NCBI GenBank assembly: GCA_951406725.2
Contig: OX597822.1
Span: forward strand, 53,630,001-53,694,000
Reading direction: 5' to 3'
Length of the DNA: 64,000 bases
Source of the DNA: Octopus vulgaris
Taxonomy: Eukaryota
Positions 14,238 through 26,794 of the stretch are shown here, in pieces. Numbering within the stretch: position 1 is the first letter of the stretch; each line of letters opens with the position of its first letter. A model generated the notes under the pieces. That model searched no databases, was not told the DNA's origin, and was given only the letters and a program-made list of their open reading frames with translations. Position numbers and translations under genes: made by a program.

Positions 14238-14658
14238 ATGTGTTTGTGTGTCTGTGTTTGTCCCTCTAGCATTGCTTGACAACCGATGCTGGTGTGTTTA
14301 CGTTCCCGTAACTTAGCGGTTCGGCAAAAGAGACCGATAGAATAAGTACTGGGCTTACAAAGAATAAGTCCCGGGGTCGATTTACTCGACTAAAGGCGGT
14401 GCTCCAGTATGGCCGCAGTCAAATGACTGAAACAAGTAAAAGAGTAAAAGAGTAAAGGGTAATAATAATAATAATAATAAAGGCACTATGTCGAATTTCG
14501 ACATGATAGTGTTGTTATAAACACGAATAAATAATTATGATTTCGGTAAGCGAAGGTAATAAAGTTCTTTTTTTTTATGGCGTGACAATGCACAAATTAG
14601 GTTTTTGATTACGTTCTTTTCCTTTTGTTGTCGTTGCTGCTGCTGCTGATGATGATGG

Positions 14659-14692
<34 letters not shown>

Positions 14693-14777
14693 TATATTAT
14701 GTTTCAAGTGTAATTATCGAATCCATCTAACATAATGTGAATATTTGTGTTATCTTTTATTTATATATTTATGTTTA

Positions 14778-14824
<47 letters not shown>

Positions 14825-15334
14825 AGATATTAGCTAATTGAAAACATTGACAGAAATGTGAATAATTATTGCTTTTCGATCGTTAGTGAGGATATCTGAA
14901 AAGACCCCGCCACCACCACCACCATTTTCTATCCCCCCCACCCTGGTTGAACTCTTTAATACGATTGCATAGTTAGTTTCGAATGTCTATGTTCGGAGCG
15001 CAAACCCCCACCACCACTATTTCTTTTATTTATTCTTGAAATCGATAAACCTACGACCAGTTATATATAGGGATTCCAAAATCGATTATAAAATAAATTC
15101 GTATTGTTTTCTTAGGAAAATAAGATTTTGTGACCTAATGACATTGGGTGATGAATTTAATCCATCGCACGGTTTTACACCGCCATCAGGTTAAAGACAC
15201 AACACTGGCTTTCAGGACACTGGAGATCCGGAACACCTTATAATCCGCATTAATTTACGTGCAGAAACTTCAAATTCCTACGGCTGCCAGAGTTGTTTAC
15301 TGGAAAGCTCTATTGCACAGTACCTTGCACAGTA

Positions 15335-15620
15335 AAGGTAACGATCCCCTTCGGTCATGAATGACCATGGGATTGCACCTCAAAAGTCCTCCTCCGAGGT
15401 ACAAGTCTGGGAAAAGTTGCCTATGGAAGACCAGCAGTTGCCCATACATAGCAGCCTCCACTCCACCGATGTAATCCAAGGGAAAGACAAACGCCGATAC
15501 AACTTGGCATCAGTGACGTCGCAACTCATTTCTACAGCTGCTCAAGGACACAACACAGCCCGGTCCAGGAATCGAACTCATTACCTCATAATTGTGAGCC
15601 CGACGCTCTAACCATTGAGG
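15335..15620 (-). mobile_element. tRNA-derived CORE-like SINE with a distinct tail
   Basis: Minus strand TGGTTAGAGCG..GAGTTCGATTCC..TTGTGTCCTTGAGC. A related tail fragment lies near 40175-40280. Confidence 0.7.
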
Positions 15621-16899
15621 AACCCGTATTTCATTTAACTACTTAAGTAAATTCAATATTTGTATAATTAAAGATGATGGAGTGGCAGAAATGTTAGTAC
15701 GCTGGGCAAATTGTTTAGCGGTGGTTCGGCCGACTTTACGTTCTGAGTTCAAATACCGCCGAGATCGATAAAATAAGTACCATTTGAACGGTGGGGGTCA
15801 ACGTAATCGACTTATCCACTTACCTGAATTTTCTGGTCTTGTGCCAAAATTAGAAACCAATATTTGTTTAATTTAGAAGTGAACCACTGGTTCGGAAAAA
15901 GTCAATAATCCGGAATGATTTTGAAACCAAAGGTTCCAGGAAATCGATGTTTTTCCTGTATTGAGTGCTTTCAACTCCACTCTCTTGTAAATATTCGAGT
16001 GAAGGTAACAAGTTTGAGCACAACTTCTTCCTTTCAGCAGCAAAAAAAAATACCTGTAACCTTTAATCACTGAATAACTGTCAACTCTTATTTTTTTATC
16101 TGTTTCACTCATTAGACTTCAGCCATGCTGAGGCATCGCTTTGAAAAGATTTAGTCACATGAATCGACCCTCACCCCACCCAGACTTATTTTGAAGCTTG
16201 GTACTTATTCTGTCGGTCTCCATTGCTGAGCCGCCAATGTTTTGGGGCCACCGGTCCGCCTGGGTAAAAGCCAGCAATCCTAACCACTATGTGTATGCGT
16301 ATATTTGTGTGCATGCGTGTGTCCGTGTATTTGTTCCCCCTCCACCGCCACCACTACCGTTTCCAAATATCTAGCACACCAGAAATACTGTGCAAAAATA
16401 TTAGTCTGTGTGTGTGTGTGTAGTTACGAAGCTCGCTTGGCAAACACGCGGTTCCGAGTTCAGTCCAACTATGCAGCACTTTTGGCAAATGCCTCTCACT
16501 ATAAATCAGATTCAGTCAATGCATTCTCAGTGAATTTTGTAAATGGAAACTGTGCGGAAATGCATCGTATATGTATGAGTTTATATATGTTGTTATGTTA
16601 GTATATGTCAGAGTGTTTTTATCGCTCACTACATGGCAACTGGTGTTTCTGCAATCTAGAAATTCAACAAATCTCTCCATCTTTATTTCCTCTCAATCTT
16701 TTATGTCGAAGAGCGTAGGCTCAAACACTTCAAAGACCTTCCATTCTTCCCAAGCTTCAAACTAATACACCTGCTTGTTGTCCTCTCACCTGTTGTCGTC
16801 TTTTGTTTTCTGTACATTTTATATATATAGTCACCATGATTGATCGCTAAAATCCAATTTTTTTTTTTTAATTCTCATTCGGCTTATATCCTCATATTC

Positions 16900-16935
16900 C
16901 TTTCTGATGAAGAGTATAGGCTCGAAACGTAAAAG
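16900..16935 (+). ncRNA. Minimal PLE-type hammerhead motif
   Basis: CTTT-CTGATGA-AGAG.ATAGGCTC-GAAA-CG-TA-AAAG; loopless ACGT stem III would need dimer pairing. Relatives at about 16705 (+), 17151-17186 (-), 17968-17998 (+) and 53161-53196 (+). Confidence 0.65.
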
Positions 16936-17021
16936 ACTTTCTCACTTTCCCGAACGTCAAACTAATACACCTGCTTGTGGTTCATAGACCTGTTTTCGTC
17001 TTTTGTTTTTGTGTAGATTTC

Positions 17022-17052
<31 letters not shown>

Positions 17053-17637
17053 ACGGGACGCTTTATGAAAATAGACAAAAGACGAAGGCAGGTGGAATAC
17101 AAACAAACAATTGTATTAGTATGGCGCTCAGGAATATAAATAAAACAAGTCTTTTACGTTTCGAGCCTACGCTCTTCAACAGAAAGATACACAGAAAAGA
17201 AACACAGAAAGAAGGAGAGAAAAAAAATGCGTGCAGAGGCTAGCGAATCAACATGGCGATATATATATATATATATATATATGCAGTTGGAACCATTCAA
17301 TCTTGGTAAAAACAGTTGCTTAACAAGCAAGGCTTGTATAGAAAATACAAAAGAAACGATAATTGATCAATAAAGTTTATCAATAAATGATTCAAATACA
17401 AAAAATTTCGATAAGATAACAAATGCTATACAACTCCAAATCGAAAGCAAACAATGTTGCTTATTATGCAATAGTCACAGCAAACTAATTTCCAACAGAA
17501 GAGTTGTATGTACCCAAAGAGAAAAGGCATTGGATAGCTATAAAGAGTTTTTAATGTTACATAACGTGTATTCAGTGCCCTTCTGAAACATTTATGGTGC
17601 TTGATTACTTCTGTCGTTCCTTTCATTCACACACACA

Positions 17638-17741
<104 letters not shown>

Positions 17742-18309
17742 CACACGTCAGAGTTTCACGTTTCCGTTCGTCGGACAGGTTATGAGACAGGTTATATATA
17801 TATAGATATATATGTTTTAATATATGTGTGTGTGTGTGTTCGTATGTGTGTGTCTGTGTATGTATGTACATGTATATGTATGTTTATATATATATATGAC
17901 CGCGTGTGTACCGTTGGCGATTTTTTTCCTCTGTCTTCCCTTCTCTGGATCTTTCCTTCTCCTATGTTTCCGACAAAGAGCTCCGCTCGAAACGTTGAAC
18001 CCTCCTTCTTTCCTGAGCGTCCAATAATACTATAATTATTCCACGTCCTCGCGTTGTTGTGTTTTTTTTGTGCTTTCTTGTTTGGATTAACTTTATATAT
18101 ATGCATACATCTATATGTGCATGTATACCACCAGACAGATAGATAGATAGATATCGATATAAATATATACATACATATATATATATATATATATGTATGT
18201 GTGTATGTATGTATGTATGTATGTATGTATGTATGTATGTATGTATGTATGTATGTATGTATGTATGTATGTGAGGGGTGGAGATACAGAATGGGAGAAG
18301 AACATGAGC

Positions 18310-18570
18310 ATGAACTTGGTATTTATTTCTTCTTCCACATATGTTTCAGTATTCGGTAATTAATTAATTATGTCACACTATCAGTGCAATCCATAGATGC
18401 AACTTATAAGTTCAGGATGAATATCAAAATCGGACACCTCCTCGAACACTGTATACTGCAGTTAGAAGTTGCATCTATGGGTTGCACTTATAGTGTGACA
18501 TCATTAACTTAATTGCCAAATATTGAAACACTTGTTAGTGATGAATAAAGGAATATCAAATTCATACCAA
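18310..18570. repeat. Long imperfect inverted repeat (foldback/MITE-like)
   Basis: Arms of about 105 bp, for example ATGTCACACTATCAGTGCAATCCATAGATGCAACTT versus AAGTTGCATCTATGGGTTGCACTTATAGTGTGACAT, around a spacer of about 45 bp. Confidence 0.8.
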
Positions 18571-18872
18571 TATTTTTACTCTCATTTTTGATGTGCTCTT
18601 GATATTACGTTGTTTCTCTTCTTAGTTCTCATAAAAGTTTCTGAGATCACGTAGTGGTGAGTAGAAATATTAATATTTCTAAGTCTCTCTAAAAGGAGAC
18701 TACGGCAGCGGTACTGGATATTAATAGTTATCACCAAGCTAACATGGCAGTCTAGAAAAATAGGACCAATGCTGCCGATGATTAGCTCCAAGAGGCCATC
18801 GCCTCTAACTAGCTATGTGACTCATAACCTGTGTCCAGTATAACCTTCCCCTATTCGAAGGTTATATATTAA

Positions 18873-19265
18873 CTAGCAGTATCGCCCGGCGTTGCTCGGG
18901 TTGTAAGGGAAATAACTATATAAGCATTTTTAGAGAGTTATAGTCAAAAAATAGCAAAAAAATGCATTAAAATGGAATAAAAATTATGGTAATTTTTTTT
19001 AAATCGTTGACTCATCGTAGACATTTTTGGAGAGTTACTTCCCTTATATAATAGCGAAAAAATGCATTAAAATGGAAAAAAATGATGGTAATTTTTTTTT
19101 TAATCGTAGACTCATCGTAGACGCGCGCTAATACCCAGAAGGGCTCGATATGAATCACGACTATAAGATACCCGGTTTTGGTTAAACTGCACCGCAAAAT
19201 GTGGGAGTAGTTAGGAATCTAAATCGTAGGAGACAGACACACAACTTGACTTTTATATATAAAGA
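18873..19265 (-). mobile_element. Non-autonomous Helitron
   Basis: Minus strand starts TCTTTATATATAAAAG and ends with hairpin CCCGAGCAACGCCGGG plus CTAG. Inserted between A and T with no TSD. Internal tandem duplication of about 115 bp. Confidence 0.88.
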
Positions 19266-19365
19266 TATTTCTATTTTTGAAAACCAGTGGATGTATTCCA
19301 CTGAATTTAGGTAAATAATCCTTCGAACAGACGGTCAGTAGCGACGCCTGCTTGGTTCAGCTGCT

Positions 19366-19406
19366 CTACATTGATAAAGGGCAAATACCCTGAAACTAGT
19401 CTGTAG
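19366..19406 (+). ncRNA. Hammerhead motif with two core substitutions (probably inactive)
   Basis: CTACA-TTGATAA(for CTGATGA)-AGGG/CCCT-GAAA-CTAG-TC-TGTAG. All three stems are intact. Confidence 0.7.
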
Positions 19407-19679
19407 ATGCCAGACCAGCAAGGGGAAGTGGTTGACCTCCCCTGTTCGAAGATTATAATGGACACAGGTTCGTGTGTCACATAGCTAGCTAGAGGCGATG
19501 GCCGCTTGGAGCTAATCAACGGCAGCATTCGTCCTATTTTTCTGGAATGCCATGTTAGTAGTGGTGAATACTTAACGTTAATACTAAAAAGAACCGTAGT
19601 CTGAACGGTAAATTTGTCGCACAGTAAGTGCATCTTTCCCACATATGTGAGTTTGCATATGTGCGTATGTATGTGTATA

Positions 19680-19726
<47 letters not shown>

Positions 19727-19918
19727 TGACAATACATTACTACCTTATCTAATGTCTCTCATAATACATTGGTCAAAACGAATATATGGTAGGAAACATT
19801 TGTCCATGGTACCTCGTGGGATCGAGCTCCAAACTACGTGATTACGAGTCGAAATTCTTAAACACATAAGCATGCTTTTTTACTGAGATCAGTTCGATCG
19901 ACTATTCCTTCTGTCTTT

Positions 19919-20150
19919 GGCAGCGAGCTGGCAGAAACGTTAGCGCTCCGGGCGAAATGCTTAGCGATATTTCGTCTGCTGTTACGTTCTGAGTTCAAAT
20001 TCCGCCGAGGTCGACTTTGCTTTTCATCCTTTCGGGGTCGATAAATAAAGTATCAGCTACGCACTGGGGTCGATGTAATTGACTTAATCCCTTTGTCTGT
20101 CCTTGTTTGTCCCCTCTGTGTTTAGCCCCTTGTGGGCAATAAAGAAATAA
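19919..20150 (+). mobile_element. Full-length monomer of the abundant SINE family
   Basis: GGCAGCGAGCTGGCAGAAACGTTAG head, GAGTTCAAATTCC B box, Meta-like core, AAAGAAATA tail. Further copies near 4905-5110, 5787-5990, 13310-13400, 15675-15860, 20370-20565, 20930-21120, 22750-22930, 35000-35216, 45160-45360, 46470-46668, 49080-49220 and 50670-50820. Confidence 0.85.
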
Positions 20151-20581
20151 ATTTATTCTTTCTTTCTCACCTCTTTTTCCTACCTCCTCTCTCACACTCT
20201 CACTTCCAAAAGATTTCATGCTCTGTACCATTCTCAGAAATCTTTATTCATTAACATACCAACATGTAGAGGTTCTGGTTTGTTTCACTCGCTTTTGTTT
20301 CACTCACTGGTTTGGAATTTGAGAATCGATAACAACTGTTATAACAAATAAATCAAAGAACATATACGCCTACTTGATAGAATTGTTAAAACACAGGACG
20401 AGCAATGCCGTGCGGTATTTAATATTTCATCTAGTTCTTTACTTTCTCGGTTCAAAGTTGCCTTTCCTGCTTTCGGGGTCGATAAAAATGTGTCAGTTGG
20501 GCACTGGGTCCCTGTAATCAACTATCCCTCTACCCTAAACTTGCTGACCTTGTGCCAAAATCTGTCACCATTATTACTGTT

Positions 20582-20907
20582 CTATATTTAAGAGATGAGG
20601 AATTATGTACATCATTTACATTATTTACAACGTTTCGGCTGATAAACCTTCCAGCCTTCATATGGCGTAGTGGTTAAGAGTGCGGGCTACTAACCCCAAG
20701 ATTCCGTGTTCGATTCCAGGCAGTGACCTGAATAATAATAATAATAATAATAATAAGATCGAAAAATACATTAGGAATGAGAACCCGGGTTCGAAATTTC
20801 CCCAAGACACCTGATGAAGGCTGGAGGGTATATCAGCCGAAAAGTTGTGTTAACAACAAACAAGATGAGGACAAATATCCGTCAAATGTAAATAATGGAA
20901 ACAGTGT
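20582..20907 (+). mobile_element. tRNA-headed, hammerhead-containing non-autonomous retroelement with an inverted 5' segment
   Basis: A box TGGCGTAGTGG (20663), B box GTTCGATTCC (20708), (AAT)n, HHR at 20807-20850, inverted partial HHR copy at 20627-20661. 15-bp direct repeat ACCATTATTACTGTT at 20567-20581 and 20908-20922. Confidence 0.75.
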
Positions 20908-21550
20908 ACCATTATTACTGTTACCAAAATGGTGAGCCAACAGAATCGTTAGCAAACCATACCAAATGTTTTCAGTATTTCTCCCTGTTCTTTACGTTCT
21001 GAGCTCAAAATTCCGCCTAGATCGACCTTGTCTTTTATTTTTTCGGGATCAATAAAATATGGTACCAGTCAGTCACTTGTATCGATATAATCGACTTATC
21101 TTCCTAAAATTACTGGCTTTGACTGAAATGAGAAGTTTTCTCTAAAGACAAAATGCGGCAGTGATTAGTATGTTCATGTTCGAATATACCAGAATGTATT
21201 AAGAATAATTATATACGTCATTGCTTTGATTTTAGCTGTTCTACGTGCACATAACGATTTGTTATCGGTCTGGTATACATCAACACACATAAACAAATAA
21301 GTTATTTGTTGAATTCTTGTTTAAATTTTTTATTCTATGAGTAGCTTCGAATAAAGAGACACAACTAGGCCGAAAAAAAAACCAAAGTGTCTCAGAGTGT
21401 GTTGTGAACACACATTATCTCAAAGAAGATGTTCTCTGAAGATGAAACACAACAGTGATTAGTATATTCTGTTTCGGATCTACTGGAACATATTCACAAT
21501 GAATAGGCACGTCAATACCACTGTAGTACCAGAACGTCTATGGACTAGAG

Positions 21551-21625
21551 CAGTGGTTCCCAACCTGGGACCCGCGAACTACTGATGGTCCGCAAAGGTA
21601 GTACTTGGGGTCCGTGAACTAAATT
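21551..21625 (+). mobile_element. hAT (Charlie-like) terminal fragment
   Basis: CAGTGGTTCCCAACCT preceded by GACTAGAG. The other end was not found. Confidence 0.45.
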
Positions 21626-21664
21626 CAAAATTTCATATATAAATGTGTGTGTGTGTATGTATAT

Positions 21665-21724
<60 letters not shown>

Positions 21725-24362
21725 TTTCAGCAAAATTTAGATTCAAATGAATATGGTACTTAAGTCAGATGCACCAGAATTTTGTACGGTGTTATCCATA
21801 TAAATCCATGGAGTGATTATAATCAAAATAAGCAACAAGAATGTCTTCGGTAATTTGGTATGATAGTTTCACGCTACATCATTTAATTAAACATTATATA
21901 TATATATATATATATATATAATGTCGACGTGCAAGGATGAGATGCATGTATTTTTACACGTGTGTGTGTATATATGCATACTTGTTTTGTGTATATGTGT
22001 AGTCGTGTGTGTAGATATTGTAAGCTGCAACAGTTCTCTACAAAAAAAACATACATTTTCCAGTAATGAGGTTTGGGATATACGGTGTATCTCTCCATAA
22101 CTGCAACTTATTTTCTCACATCACGGATAAATAAAATAGCAAAATCGCCCCCTGTGGAATTTGAACTCAGAACATGCAAGAATCAAAGTAAATACAACAG
22201 CGTTCTATTGCTTATGCTTCCCTAACACCCTAAGTTCAATGTCCAGCATATTGATAAAGGCATTTCCACAGCCATTACGTTTCGATTAATTCTATCAATA
22301 ACGCCGGCAATATAATCTCTGTACAAATAACCAACAGCATGGTAGAAGTATGCGATGCGGTTTCGATTCCCAGCTGTTCAAGTAATTTCACTTACACCAC
22401 GAACGCATTTGGTGAAATCAATAAATGTAGCAGATACAGTTAGTCCTCTACCTCATTACGCCTCTATTTGATCTACTAGAAATAGCAGCTAAATCTTTTT
22501 CCATCCGCGCCCTGTTGTCTTACAGAAATAATACCTCAGCTGCCTTTATATTAACAGAATGGTTGCGACTGGCATGCCTTTGCTTATAGATATGCTCGAT
22601 TAGGGATAACCCAGAATTAAATTTAGAATACGAGCAAACGTAGTTTTCCGTCCGTGATGTCTCGACCTGCTTGAAATAGCAGCCAAATACCCCTCAAATC
22701 ACGCCCTAATGTCTTGAAAAAAGGACACATTGCATAATACTTTCTATTATAGGAACAAGGTCTGAAATTTGGAGTGTGGGAAGGGAGTCTATCGATTGCA
22801 TCAACGCCGATGCTCAATTGGTATTTATCTTATTGACCACAATAAAAGGCGAAGTCGACCTCGGCGGAATTTGAACTCAGAATATAAAGACAATCGAAAC
22901 GACGCTAAACACTTTGGCTGGCGTGCTAATGATTTTGCCAGCTAGCCACCCTGAGAGGACATTAGGTGATATAATCTTCTTCAAACAGCCGTAACAGAGA
23001 TGCTTCTTATAATGCTCTGCCAGGGATGTCTGTCTACCATTAGCCTTGGTAAGAACTCAATTTCATGTAATGCATGTTTGCCAATAACTTCCATGTAGCT
23101 GAGTGATCTTCATACCCTATTAGCTTGCAGAAGTTTCCTTATATATAACATAAGATATGGCCTAGTGTTCGGCACGATAGCAACGACCAGTTGGTTCTGT
23201 GCTCACACTTTGACTATGCATGTAAAGCCTGATGTATGAACGATCAAATTGATCGAGAAGCTTCTTCCTCATATTCTGAGGAGTTGAAGCTCCTCAGAAA
23301 AGGTTCCTCTTTACACATGCCCTAAAGAAGAAAAACGTGTTAACTTTGAAATACTCAACTACTAGATGTTTTGAAGCTTGTTACAACAAAACAGAACAAT
23401 TAATATAATCTCAATAACCCTAAAAAGACGAGATGGTCCCAGTTAGAATCATAGATCTGTCTGATCAGGAATGTCCTAGTGCTAAACAACAAGAGCAATA
23501 ACAGTAACAACATCACCTCGTTTAAAATATGTCGGACTTAACGTTTGGTCAAGCAACACTACTTACTATGTTCCCAAGTTGCTGTTGTTCAGACTCGGAT
23601 CAACCCTATCATCAAAGGCGTTCCAACTTTGACCATCATAACTTTTTGAATGTGTATTAGAGACTACATTGTCAAATGCATTTTTTTAAATGGTGGGATC
23701 CGATTTTAGGGATAATTCGTTGCACTTTTTAGCAGGTCTATCAACGACGTTAGTGATATAGCAAGATAGGTCTGGGAATGATGATGAAGAGGAGGTGTAG
23801 GGAAAGGAAGAAGTAGAGGAGGTGGTGGTAAAAGAGGATATTCGTGATGTTATACTGGTGATACTGGTAGTGTTGGTGATGCTAATGTGGTCGTAGTGGT
23901 GTTGGTTCTGCTGGTATCGCTGGTGGCGCTGCTGGTAGCGCTTATGCTAGTGGCGGTGATCTGATTCATCTCAGTGAAACATTTAAAAATCAATCAATCA
24001 TTATTTGATTCCATTTGATTTTCTTCAGTGAATTCAGTTGTAAACAATCAAATCTGTTCAACCAGTGTAAATTTTACGATAAAAGACAACGAAAGTTTCC
24101 ATTCAGAAAGCATTTAATGAGAACAGCAACAATAATTAGAGAAAATATTTGAAAGAAACAGAAAAATCATTTTTTATATCGATACATATATACTTTAAAC
24201 AAAGTAAATACGAAAAAGTAGGGCAAAGTTCGATGTGTTTTTCTTTCTCCTGATTTGATATATAACTGGAAGAAATATTGGCTCAATACTCATCAAAGCT
24301 TTAATGAATCTAAACAAAAAGAGATTACTCTATATGTATGGACTGCATTGAAATGTATTCTT

Positions 24363-24952
24363 ATTTCTTTATTGCCCACAAGGGGCTAAATATAGAGGGG
24401 ACAAACTAGGGCAGACAAAGGGATTAAGTCGATTACATTGAGCCCAGTGTATAACTGGTACTTAATTTATCGACTCCGAAAAGATGAAAGGCAAAGTCGA
24501 CCTCGGCGGAATTTTAACTCAGAACGTAACGGCAGACGAAATACCTATTTCTATTTCTTTACTACTCACAGAGAGGACAAACAAGGACAGACAAACATAT
24601 TAAGTCGATTATATCGACCCCAGTGCGTAACTGGTACTTTTTTAATCGACCCCGAAAGGATGAAAGGCAAAATCGACCTCGGTGGAATTTGAACTCAGAA
24701 CGTAGCGGCAGATGAAATACCTATTTCTTTACTACCTACAAGGGGCTAAACACAGAGAGGACAAACAAGGACAGACAAACGGATTAAGTCGATTATATCG
24801 ACCCTTGTGCGTAACTGGTACTTTTTTAATCGACCCAGAAAGGATGAAAAGCGAAGTCGACCTCGGCGGAATTTGAACTCAGAACGTAGCGGCAGATGAA
24901 ATACGGTTACGCATTTCGCCCGGCGTGCTAACGTTTCTGCCAGCTCGCCGCC
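24363..24952 (-). mobile_element. Trimeric SINE of the same family
   Basis: One full head plus two 5'-truncated tandem units. 15-bp TSD TTGAAATGTATTCTT at 24348-24362 and 24953-24967. Confidence 0.88.
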
Positions 24953-26455
24953 TTGAAATGTATTCTTGCTTTGAAATGTATTCTGTCCTGCTCAACAACT
25001 GGCACTCCGTCGGTTGCGACGACGATGACGAGTGTTCCATTTGTTCCGATCAACGGAACAGCATGCTCGTGAAATTAACGTGCAGTTGAGTACTCTACAA
25101 ACACACGTGCCTTTGACGTAGCACTCGGGGAGATTCAGCTAACACAGAATGGAGCAAGGTTAATCCTTTGAATTACAGCTACTATTCATTTTTACCAGCT
25201 GAAATCACTGGTATCAAATCATGACATTACACATACATGCACTTATACATATTGTTAGCGTGTCAAACAAAATGCTTAGCAGCTTTTCTTTTTTGGTATT
25301 GTGGATTGTCCCGTGCACATTTGTAAAAGGGGAACATTTTGAATTTTCCGTCGCTGCAAAAAGAAGGAAAGGGAAAGAGAGAAAGAAAGCAAAAATACTT
25401 TCAGTGATGACACCGCGCTCGATTTTTTACAATGGTCAATAACTATATAAATAAATGAATGGTGAATAGGAAGGGGGGGTCATCCTTCTCTCTCTCCCTC
25501 TACCTATCTATCTATCTCTCTGACTATCTATCTATTTACCTATCAATCTATTTATTTATCAGCCTATCTATATTTCTATCTATCCATCTCCATTGTCATG
25601 GAACCTCACCAAAAAAGACAAAAACAATGTTCTCTTCTGAACCAAACCCCAAAAAAACATGTTTTATATAAATGAACAAGCTGTGTGTACATTCACAAAA
25701 TTATATTTCACAAGTTCGAGAAAGGAACGAAAGCGCTTATAATAATGAGGAAATAACTGCCAAAAACTATATCTATATATGTAATTTGTACTTCACTACT
25801 CTTATATCATGATAAAATTTTCAGTATTTGAATCTGTTTAACAGTATTACTTTGTACTACTACTCTATCTTCACACATGGTCAGTATTTGACTGTATCTT
25901 ATACTACTAACTACAATATCTACACCTGTCATCAATAGTCGAAACTATCTTGTACTATTAGGTAATATATCTCTACATGCGTTCAGCAATTTAGTGTATT
26001 TTATGGCACCCTTTCATATACCACATGTGATCGATAGCTGAATGTAATTTACATTCATAAGTATTGCAATTACAAAAATTATAAATCTATTGTATAGCCA
26101 TGGAATAGTCTTAACGTAGTTCTGTTTTATGTCACTTTCCCTATAACTCAAAACTCAGCCATCATATATTTGAATGAAACATTATTTTATTCTTTCTTAA
26201 ATATAAAAAAAATTCCCTTGCTATTTCCAATAATTTTTAAGTAGTTAGGATGGACAGTTTTAAGCTAACATTTAAATCAGACATAAGGCTTGGCGGAAAT
26301 ACCAGTCCAAGATGGTGGGTTGTTGGAACTGCAAGAACGTTGGCCTTGATGTTGAGAAGTATGTGTTCCGACTGTTTACGATTTGAGTTCAAATCCCCAC
26401 CACGGTCTACTTTCTTCATAGACTTAATCCATCTTTCAGTATATGTATGTATATA

Positions 26456-26529
<74 letters not shown>

Positions 26530-26616
26530 GTTTAAATATTTGTTGTGCAAGATTTTTTTATGGCTGACGGTTAGTAAGGAGAGACACAAATAAGTAAGAA
26601 GAAAACAAACAAAGGA

Positions 26617-26656
26617 CCACTGATGCGGTCACAGGAGTGTGACGAAAGAACTCTGG
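26617..26656 (+). ncRNA. Hammerhead motif with one core substitution
   Basis: CCA-CTGATGC-(G)GTCACA/TGTGAC-GAAA-GAAC-TC-TGG. A related minus-strand copy at about 32758-32800 keeps CTGAAGA. Confidence 0.6.
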
Positions 26657-26794
26657 CCGAAATAAGATTAAGATTAATGTAAAAAATAAATAACACTGAA
26701 GCAAAGTAACACCAAATATATAGTGCGTGTGTTTTTATTGGCTAAACTGGCAAAATGACCATTCCGAAATATAACAATATATATATATATATAA

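Noticed and set aside
20663-20728. Possible tRNA gene
   Set aside because: No convincing acceptor stem or T-run terminator; embedded in a repeat cassette. Treated as a SINE-type head, as are the other A/B-box elements.
24363-24952. CRISPR-like or satellite periodicity
   Set aside because: Eukaryotic SINE multimer with no unique spacers.
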